This document shows positions 56,580-64,000 of a stretch of 64,000 nt of DNA, piece after piece; position 1 is the first letter of the stretch, and each line of letters starts with the position of its first letter. The notes under the pieces were generated by a model. It did no database searches. It worked only from the letters and a program-made list of their open reading frames with translations, and was not told where the DNA came from. The position numbers and the translations under genes were made by a program. This DNA comes from an uncultured beta proteobacterium (GTDB lineage Bacteria > Pseudomonadota > Gammaproteobacteria > Burkholderiales > JACQAP01): assembly GCA_963846655.1 (NCBI GenBank), contig CAWJWT010000012.1, positions 32,341-96,340 of the forward strand, read 5' to 3'.

Positions 56580-57360
56580 ATGAATAACGTTGTTGCCGAA
56601 GCAAACACAGCGAACCATGCCGTCGTATCTGCGGATCAATGGATTGCCCAGCGCAAGAAGCTGCTGGCGCGGGAAAAAGAACTGACGCGTCTGCGGGACC
56701 AGATCGCGCGCGAGCGGCGGGCGTTGCCGTGGGAGCGGGTCGAGAAGAATTATGTCTTCGAAGCTTCAGAGGGACGGCGCACGCTGGCCGACCTGTTCGA
56801 AGGCCGCAGCCAACTGCTGGTGCAGCACTTCATGTTCGGGCCGGGCTGGGAGGAGGGCTGCAAAAGCTGCTCCTTCATGGCCGATCACAGCGACGGCATG
56901 AAGATTCATCTGGAGCATCGCGACGTCACCTTGGTGGCCGTCTCGCGCGCACCGCTGGCCGAGATCGCGCGCTTTCGCAGCCGCATGGGCTGGCAGTTCA
57001 ACTGGGTCTCGTCGAACGGCAATGATTTCAACTACGACTTCCATGTCAGCTTCACGCCGGAAGAACGGGCGCGAGGGAACGGTGAGGTCTATTACAACTA
57101 CGGCATGACCAGTTTCCCGGCGGACGAAGCGCCGGGCATCAGCCTGTTCTACCAAGAATGAGGCGGGCGAAATCTTTCACACCTATTCGACTTACGGGCG
57201 AGGAGTGGAAGTCATGATGGGCACGTACGCCATGCTGGACCTCGCGCCCAAAGGCCGTGACGAAGACAAGCTCAGCTACGGCATGGAGTGGGTGCGTCAC
57301 CACGATCGCTACGAGCCGGCGCCGGCTGCGAAGGCGGCGGGGTGCTGCGCGCATACCTGA
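56580..57360 (+). pseudogene. DUF899 (thioredoxin-like) family gene with an apparent 1-nt insertion at about codon 192 (or an assembly error)
   Basis: The frame stops at 57161 (..GISLFYQE-stop). The +1 frame continues NEAGEIFHTYSTYGRGVEVMMGTYAMLDLAPKGRDED..MEWVRHHDRY, the family-typical C-terminal part, and ends at 57360. The length of 781 nt equals 3n+1. Confidence 0.8.
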
Positions 57361-57431
57361 TGGATCGAAGCGCTAGGCGTTGCCGGCATGGTGTAGAAGA
57401 GGCTTCGCGGGGCCGGGGCAGCCCGGCGGCT

Positions 57432-57624
57432 GGTTACCTTTCTTGATCGGCCAAGAAAGGTAACCGAAAGGAAGGCCGCCCCAGGTGGTGCGCCCCGTAT
57501 TCACGGGGTAACCCTGCGCTGCCTGACTCGATGAGGCGACTGCGGAACTCGACCTGGCAAGGCACACACAACGTGCCTTGCCATGGGACTCGCACAGTCC
57601 TCGTCGACTTCCCCTCATCGAGTC
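57432..57624. other. nested-hairpin intergenic element (unclassified structured RNA or MITE-like repeat)
   Basis: Perfect 13-bp stem 57432-57444 / 57453-57465. Perfect 10-bp stem 57556-57565 / 57573-57582. A 12-bp long-range pairing, GACTCGATGAGG 57525-57536 with CCTCATCGAGTC 57613-57624, encloses the 10-bp hairpin. Confidence 0.4.
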
Positions 57625-57714
57625 GAGCTGCTCGGCGCGCCCAATGGGGGAAACGGCGTACTCAAGCTGGATTACCGATCATGTCTAACGCATTCACGCG
57701 GGCTTAACCGACCG

Positions 57715-58344
57715 ATGGCAACTCTGTGGCCGTGGCTGGCCGTCGCCGGTCTCGGCGCCTTGCATGGATTGAACCCGGCGAACGGTTGGATGTTCGCGGC
57801 CGCCTGGGGCGTGCGGGCGGGCGACGAGGCGCAGGCGCGGCGGGCGCTGCTGCCGATCGGCGTCGGGCACGTCGCCTCGGTCGCGCTCGTGGCCTGCGTC
57901 TTTGCGCTTGGCCTGTCGATGGACCGCGCGCTGGTGCAGGGTCTGGCCGGTGCGCTGCTACTCGGCGCAGCGTCGTTGCGCTGGCTGCGCGGCGCGAGCG
58001 ACGGCGCGTCCATTGGCAAAAGCACCAGTCATGCAGGCCTCGCGCTTTGGTCTTTCCTGATGGCGACCGCACACGGGGCAGGGCTGATGCTGGTGCCGGC
58101 GCTCGCATCGATGTGCATGGCCAACAGTCCGGCGCGGGAGATCACCGCGTCAGGCTCGATGGTCCTGGCATTGGCGGCAGTCGGCGTGCACACGGCTTCG
58201 ATGCTGGTCACGACCGGTGCCGTCGCCACCGGCGTGTGCCGCGGCGTCGTGATGAATCCTCGATTGATGAACGCGACCGCGCAGCGGCGGGCCTGGACTG
58301 CGGCGCTGGCACTCACCGGCGTAACGTTGCTGCTGTTTCGCTAG
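57715..58344 (+). CDS. integral membrane protein, unknown family
   Basis: 209 aa counted from MATLWPWLAVAGLGALHGLNPANGW, with about 6 hydrophobic segments and conserved-looking His residues. The ORF track opens at 57583. Confidence 0.6.
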   Translation: MATLWPWLAVAGLGALHGLNPANGWMFAAAWGVRAGDEAQARRALLPIGVGHVASVALVACVFALGLSMDRALVQGLAGALLLGAASLRWLRGASDGASIGKSTSHAGLALWSFLMATAHGAGLMLVPALASMCMANSPAREITASGSMVLALAAVGVHTASMLVTTGAVATGVCRGVVMNPRLMNATAQRRAWTAALALTGVTLLLFR

Positions 58345-58497
58345 GTTCAAGCACGCCTGAGTTCTCGATGACGCGGCTGAGGTGACGCGGTTGGCAGGTT
58401 GAATCACTCTGCATATTGCAATATGACTCGCTAAAGTCGCTATGTGAATTTGTGGCTTGCGCAATGCCGGCGTACTATTTAGCCGCTCGATGATGGA

Positions 58498-60231
58498 ATG
58501 TTTAATTTCTTCACCAATTGGTCCTCCTTTACCATGTCGCCCATGCGCCTTATCGCACCTAACCTCATTCATCGTGTTGCCGCGAGAGCCTGTGTTTGTT
58601 TGCTGATATGGGCCGTATCCGCCGGCGCGTATTCTCAGGAAGGCAAGGAAAATGCAGACGAAGTTTCCCGATTCAACTCGATTTACGACCTCATGCAATC
58701 AGACAGGGAGTTCAGCAAGAGGGCTGATGAGCTGTTGGGAGACTTCAAAAGGGCATTTCCGAAAAGTCCGTACCTGCTTATTTTGATGGGCGCAATGAAG
58801 GCGCAGGAGGCGGCGAGATTTTCTACGCCTGGCGCGCTGGACGAGGCAATGGCTTTGGCGCAACAAGCGCTGAAAATGAATGACGGTATTGCCGATACCT
58901 ACATCCTTTTGACTCAGATTTACGTCCAAAGGCAAGACGCTTTCAACGCCAAGAGAATGGCCAACCGCGCGTTGTCGCTTGCTCAGAGCCGGCCTGAAGC
59001 CTTCTCTGCGATGGCCCAGGCAAGTCAGCAGAATCGCGAATTTGGGCTTGCTGCGCACTGGTATGAAAGAGCGGCGAACGCCTTTACGAACCCCATAAGA
59101 AAATCGAACATGTACATGTGGGTTTATCATGCGCTCTCGGACCCGGAGCGACTGCCGATGGATCAGCGCGCGGATTTGGCGAAGATGCAAGCGGCATTGG
59201 AACAGGCCATCCGGCTTGATCCCGGCGACTCGTCAAAAAATATGTACTACGGGTGTTTTCTGATAGAGAGAAAAGCTGACCTGCAGCAAGGCCGAAAGGT
59301 ATTGGAATTCGCGCTTAAGACCTCAAAATATCCCCGGAACTCCTTGCATTGCCGCAATTTAGCCGACTATCTCGAGTGGGCGCTGTCACCCTCAAAAGAT
59401 GACGCCAAGTCGGTAGTGAACGCCATTGCCGCCAGGACGGGCATGTCAGTCGAGAATGCTTTCGTGGAAGCCGCTGCTCACCCCGCGCTGGAGTCGATCC
59501 CGGAGGCGATGCTTCGAACCAGGGTCATTGCCAATCTGAATACGATCGGCAACGGAGTCAGTCGCAATCGCCTGTCTAATGCCACCGCTTTGGCTAACGC
59601 CGCATTCGGAGACAATCTGCAACTTGTAAAGAAATTAGTGGAGGCGGGCGCAAATATCCATGCGGAAGATATCGGTGGTCGCACGCCTTTGTACTACGCG
59701 ATTTATTCAGCGGATGGCGAGATGGTTGAATATTTTCTCCAGAAGGGCGCCAGACCCAATATCCGCGACAAGAATGGTGAAACGCCACTGTACATAAGCG
59801 TTTTCGCTGCACAACGAAACCATACTCAACTGGTCAGCACTCTTTTAAAGTACAAGGCGAATCCATTAATTCCCACTGCCCAAGGGCCTGCCGTTGCTCT
59901 TTACGCAATTGGAATGACCTCTGAAAAGCTGGGCCTCATGGGCCAGAACGGTGTTGAGCTGCTCAAGGCATTCCTCGTCGGGGGGCATCTCGATGTCAAT
60001 ATGAAGGATAGTGACGGTCTTACATTTTTAGCTGTTGCAGTCTTCAATTCGGAACAAGTGCGATATTTGCTCGAGCGGGGCGCCAGCCCATGGGTCAAGA
60101 TCCAGGGCGTCGATATCCTGGATTTTTACGCCCCACAACTTTCATCTGGATTTCGAGATTTCAAGATCAATCAACTTGAACAGAGCCTCAAACTTATTAG
60201 AGACGCCCGAACCAGGGGCCCGGCGAATTAA
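58498..60231 (+). CDS. exported TPR-like / ankyrin-repeat protein 1 (low-GC island)
   Basis: The signal-like segment is RVAARACVCLLIWAVSAGAYS. A helical-repeat N-terminal half is followed by 4-5 ankyrin repeats (GRTPLYYAIYSADGEMVEYFLQKGARPNIRDKNGETPLYISV...). The start is one of 58498, 58534 or 58543. Confidence 0.7.
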   Translation: MFNFFTNWSSFTMSPMRLIAPNLIHRVAARACVCLLIWAVSAGAYSQEGKENADEVSRFNSIYDLMQSDREFSKRADELLGDFKRAFPKSPYLLILMGAMKAQEAARFSTPGALDEAMALAQQALKMNDGIADTYILLTQIYVQRQDAFNAKRMANRALSLAQSRPEAFSAMAQASQQNREFGLAAHWYERAANAFTNPIRKSNMYMWVYHALSDPERLPMDQRADLAKMQAALEQAIRLDPGDSSKNMYYGCFLIERKADLQQGRKVLEFALKTSKYPRNSLHCRNLADYLEWALSPSKDDAKSVVNAIAARTGMSVENAFVEAAAHPALESIPEAMLRTRVIANLNTIGNGVSRNRLSNATALANAAFGDNLQLVKKLVEAGANIHAEDIGGRTPLYYAIYSADGEMVEYFLQKGARPNIRDKNGETPLYISVFAAQRNHTQLVSTLLKYKANPLIPTAQGPAVALYAIGMTSEKLGLMGQNGVELLKAFLVGGHLDVNMKDSDGLTFLAVAVFNSEQVRYLLERGASPWVKIQGVDILDFYAPQLSSGFRDFKINQLEQSLKLIRDARTRGPAN

Positions 60232-61855
60232 ATCCGCTAGTTACTGGCCGGGCTGGCTCATCGCATCGGTGGTCCTTTGCGTTTGTTCGGTATTACCGGC
60301 CCGCGCTGCAGAGCCGGTCCGGGTAAAGCACAATTGCTTTGATTATTATTCTCCTGCCGATGTAGTGCGGGAAATTCCCAAAAAAGAAGGGCGCTTCAGG
60401 TTCTCCGAAGCCGAGGCGCGCCAGTTTGTAATGGATCTTGAGTGCGACTGTACTTTATCCCTTGCAGCAAAGCGGCAATTGCAACTCATTGTTGATTCAA
60501 AAACCGCGAGCGAGCCCCTCAACCCCTACGCTTGGACTGCTGCCGCTGCGTTCAGATTGAAGTTAGTGCATGTGGATGTAAATGCGCAGTGGATGGGCAT
60601 GGACGCTGTTCGCCTGGCACAACGCGCCGTAGCGCTTAACCCCCCGACTGGCCAAGCTTATATCGTGCTCGCAAAGGCGGAAATTGCCGTTGGTGACCTG
60701 TTTAATTCGGCCCGGCATCTATTAGAGGCAATTAATCTGGGCGCACCGAAGGACGAAGTTTTCTTTGTCAGGGCTTTGATATCGAAACAGGTTAACAACA
60801 CAATCGAGGCCAAGACTGCATTAGCAAAAGTGATAGACGTCAGTTCCGCGACAGAATTGAAAGCAATCGCGGGAATCGAACTGGGAGATATCCTGCAAAA
60901 CGAGGGAAACCTGGATGATGCGGAGCACCAGTACCGTTCAGCGGCGTCGTTGCAATCCTGCACTAAGGCGCCGGAACGCCGCCTGGCGGCGTTGTTGGTG
61001 TTTGGAAAAAACTTGCCAAGTGCGGCAAAGGGCGTTCTGACCGGCCTCGATTCAACCCGGGCCAGAATCGCAAACGCAAGGCTCCTTGAAGTCATCAATT
61101 TCTTCGAATGCTCGCAAGAGTCCGTCTCGCAAGCCGTCAAGAACGAAAAGTTACGAAGCCTTTTGCAACAATCCGAAGTGAGTGTCGATGAGATTGTTTT
61201 GACGGCCGCCCAGTTCAATACCGGTAAGCAGTTGATCGTCGATCTGCTTGCCGCGGGGATTCTGCAAAACGTGGATGCCGTAGATGGTCACAGCAATACA
61301 GCGCTGCTGGTTGCGGCGAATGGAAATGCAGGCGAGGTCGCAAAGGAACTGGTTATCCGCGGCGCACGCGTGAACACGCCGAACGCGAGTGGCGAACGTG
61401 CAATCGGGCTCTTCGCGGCCCGCGGGAACATGGAGATCGTAAAGCTGCTGCTGAAAAAAGGAGCAGAGATCAATTACGTTGACGGGAAGGGTAATTCGCC
61501 GCTGAGCCTGGCCATCGCGGGGTCTCACAGTGGGACTGCAAAACTTTTGCTTCAACGCGGCGCCAAGGCCAATCTTGCGGAACTCCTTACTCGGGCCGCA
61601 TTCAGCGGCAACCTTTCGATGGTGCAAATGCTTGTGGATATGGGGGGCGAAGTAAACAGCAAGGAGGAGAGATCACCTCCCCCGCTTATCTCGGCGATTA
61701 TCAGCCGGGATCTACCGACCATTCGCTACCTATTGGACAGAGGCGCCGATCCGTCTGTAACTTTCAACGGGAAAAGCAGCTACGAGTACGCGTTGGATGT
61801 TGATACGCCGGCAATCTCGAAACTTCTGTCGGAAAAAAAGAAAGTCCGATTATAA
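60227..61855 (+). CDS. exported TPR-like / ankyrin-repeat protein 2 (low-GC island), start codon unresolved
   Basis: The signal-like segment is KSASYWPGWLIASVVLCVCSVLPARA-AE, followed by a helical half and about 5 ankyrin repeats (NTALLVAANGNAGEVAKELVIRGARVN, GNSPLSLAIAGSHSGTAKLLLQRGA...). No ATG lies between 60035 and the signal peptide. The candidate starts are ATT 60227 and GTG 60269. Confidence 0.65.
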   Translation: MKSASYWPGWLIASVVLCVCSVLPARAAEPVRVKHNCFDYYSPADVVREIPKKEGRFRFSEAEARQFVMDLECDCTLSLAAKRQLQLIVDSKTASEPLNPYAWTAAAAFRLKLVHVDVNAQWMGMDAVRLAQRAVALNPPTGQAYIVLAKAEIAVGDLFNSARHLLEAINLGAPKDEVFFVRALISKQVNNTIEAKTALAKVIDVSSATELKAIAGIELGDILQNEGNLDDAEHQYRSAASLQSCTKAPERRLAALLVFGKNLPSAAKGVLTGLDSTRARIANARLLEVINFFECSQESVSQAVKNEKLRSLLQQSEVSVDEIVLTAAQFNTGKQLIVDLLAAGILQNVDAVDGHSNTALLVAANGNAGEVAKELVIRGARVNTPNASGERAIGLFAARGNMEIVKLLLKKGAEINYVDGKGNSPLSLAIAGSHSGTAKLLLQRGAKANLAELLTRAAFSGNLSMVQMLVDMGGEVNSKEERSPPPLISAIISRDLPTIRYLLDRGADPSVTFNGKSSYEYALDVDTPAISKLLSEKKKVRL

Positions 61856-63995
61856 AAAGCGTTCGGTCGGAGTCAGCGTTGCAACGGCGGGCTTGCGATT
61901 GCGCTTTGCCGCATTGACCAGCGGCGGACACACTTTCGCATCGTTGTGGATGACCTGGCAGTCGAGGCAATAGAAGCATTCGTCCATGTTGATGGCCCCG
62001 CTAGGCTCGATGGCCTGGATCGGGCAGCGCTTTGCGCACAGCTGGCAGGGGCTGCCGCATTCCGTGCGACGCTTCAACGGCGTGAACTGGCGCTTCAACG
62101 GCGTGAACCGTCGCAGCCGGCCGCCAATCGCCATCGCCGCGCCGAGCGGGCAGAGAAACCGGCAAAACGCCCGTTCGACGAACAAGCCGGCGGCGAGAAG
62201 CACCAATGCGTACACCACGAAGGGCCAGGCGCGATCCATTCTCAGCGAGATGACGGTCTTGAACGGCTCGATCTCAGCCGCGACCGCCATGGTCTCCAGT
62301 CCGTACAGGGTGGCGACGGCCAGCGCTGCGAGCGACACGTACTTCAAGGGCCACAACATGCGATGCGCCCGGTACGACGGCGACCACTGGGGCAACCTGA
62401 CGACGCGGGCGAGCTTGGCCAGAAGTTCCTGTAGCGCGCCGAACGGACACAGCCAGCCGCAGAACACGCCACGGCCCCAGATGACGAAGCTTACGATCAC
62501 GAACCCCAGCAACACGAGCAGCAACGGGTCACCGAGGAGCACGGCCAGGCCGTTGCCATTGATGAACCCGGCTAACCAGGCAAAAACGTTGATGATGCTC
62601 AGCTGGGCCCCCGCGATCCAGCCTATCCACACCAGCGTGAACAGTAGAAAACCGATGCGCAGCGCCTGATAGAGACGCGCGTGGCGCGTCAGCCTGTCCA
62701 GCGCGATGAGCATCACGGTGAGCACCAGCAGGGCAAGGCCAAGCACGACAATGTTGCCCGCCTGTGCGCGCCAACTCTCCCGCCAGGGCGCCTCGAGCAC
62801 CTCCCCGGCAGACGGCTCGGCCGGTGGCAGGACGAATCGCGAGGGCAGGGTGTAGCTGAGCTTGAACTCTTGCGTTTGCGCGACCGGAACCGTCGCCCAT
62901 GACGATTACCACTTGCCACGGTGCGAGAACATCGATCCCCTTCTCGGCCGGTATCCGGAACAGGCCGATCTCGTCGAACTTCGGTGCCCCTTTGGCCGAG
63001 ACGAACGGCAGATACTGATAGTGCTTGAGTTCGCGCTTCAGCTCGAATGTGCGTGCACCCTGCTCGATGCGTACCCGATCGAACGTGCCCGTCTCGAACA
63101 CCCTGGTGCCGACGAAGGAGTAGGGTCCCTTGCCCATGAGCAGCACGATCAGGTCCTGCGGGCCATACGGCGCCACGTGCTCGCCGTAGCGCATGGCGCC
63201 GAGAAGATTGCGGCCGATCGAGGTGGGATTGGCCATGGCCGCATGGAGCTCGAGTGCGACTTCCTGGTTACCTGTGCCCGTCTCGCCGCCTTGGGGAATG
63301 CGGATTCGCTCGACGGCACCCGCCGCGATGAGCTCCGACCAGGTCAAGGGTTCGAAGCTCGCCGTATCGATCATGGCGGCCGACGCGGCGCCACTCGTAA
63401 GTCCACGAGAGCGGGCCACCAGGCGGGCGCTCTGGACAATGGCATGATTGAACGCCCGTGCACTCACGGTTGCCCCGCTGATGCCGTTGATGCCGCCCGG
63501 CGAGCCCTGGCTGGAGAACGAAAACGAGCCGCCCAGGCCAAGACCGGCGTACTGCCCGATGAAGCGGGTGAGCTGCGCACCCATGGAGTTGTAATCGATG
63601 ATCGGCTCGGTGTGCTCCACGAGGACGACGCCAGTGATCTTCCCCTGCAGATCCAGCCCGACCACGAAGTTGAACGGCGCACCGGAGAAGCCGACGACAT
63701 CGGTCAATTCATCGGTGGAGAACAGAAAGCCGATGGCGCGCCCGGCGCTGTAAACAGGCATGGCGGGCGGCTTTCCGGACAGTGGGCCGGTATAGGCGGC
63801 CGCCTGTGGGAACAGGCTATCGATCGTGTCTTTCTTCAACCAGTGAGGCTGCTCCCCGGCGGCGCACACGGACTCGGGGACACCGAGGAGCGCGAGACAT
63901 GCCAGGAAGACGAGCGCCGCGACGGCACGGAAGCGGGAAAGCGCCGCCCAGCCATGGCGCTCGCCAGGTTGAGATGAGTTGCTTAAGCAATGCAA
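61850..63995 (-). pseudogene. NosR/NirI-family membrane FMN/Fe-S protein with an apparent 1-nt insertion near 62885-62900 (or an assembly error)
   Basis: The N-terminal ORF (..63995) carries the FMN-bind motif GISGATVSARAF. The C-terminal ORF (61850..62800) carries the CX3CP motifs FCGWLCPFG and FCRFLCPLG and two ferredoxin-type Cys clusters. The frames join only with a +1 shift, and 2146 nt equals 3n+1. Confidence 0.8.
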
Positions 63996-64000
63996 TATTG

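Noticed and set aside
57460-57485. SRP (4.5S) RNA-like motif CCGAAAGGAAGGCCGCC
   Set aside because: It only loosely resembles the CCGGAAGGAAGCAGCC core. The surrounding sequence forms a simple perfect hairpin rather than the SRP domain IV asymmetric loops, and there is no matching 5-prime/3-prime closing helix.
60035-60229. ATG at 60035 as the start of the second TPR/ankyrin gene
   Set aside because: It would overlap the upstream gene by 197 nt. It would also add 65 residues of non-signal sequence in front of an otherwise textbook signal peptide.

Overview
High-GC (about 65%) proteobacterial chromosomal segment, probably beta-proteobacterial by gene content. That placement is inference only, and no database search was possible. 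All calls come from reading the six-frame ORF track and the DNA by eye and matching motifs from memory. About 58 plausible protein genes are present. They are mostly ordinary chromosomal functions: otsBA trehalose synthesis, an MscS channel, cspA, an ndvA/chvA-like glucan exporter next to opgD, a Ser/Thr kinase, a three-gene two-component cluster, several SDR, MFS, LysR and MarR genes, guanine deaminase, a PAS-GGDEF-EAL protein, a MEDS-PAS hybrid kinase, pirin and azoR, and a NosR/NirI-like protein. I found no rRNA, tRNA, CRISPR array, transposase, integrase or recognisable defence or toxin genes. Six things are not explained by ordinary annotation. (1) A dispersed family of CGTGAC/CGTGAAT short-tandem-repeat arrays fills three intergenic regions (25.56-25.78, 27.07-27.35 and 56.40-56.54 kb). 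Two of these arrays are built as inverted arms, and together they bracket one MFS gene. (2) Three head-to-tail copies of a palindromic unit of about 190 bp fill the 39.42-39.99 kb intergenic gap. (3) A low-GC island (about 50% GC, 58.35-61.86 kb) encodes two paralogous exported TPR-like/ankyrin-repeat proteins. A second small low-GC islet lies at 53.8-54.4 kb. (4) Four otherwise intact genes each need the same correction, removal of one nucleotide, to restore a family-typical C-terminal part. This looks more like a systematic assembly indel problem than biology, but it should be checked. (5) A 34-nt direct repeat (32/34 identical) derived from the 3-prime end of a LysR gene brackets the MEDS hybrid kinase gene. 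(6) A nested-hairpin intergenic element lies at 57.43-57.62 kb. I cannot point to a clear multi-gene novel system. The repeat family and the TPR/ankyrin island are the best candidates for follow-up.
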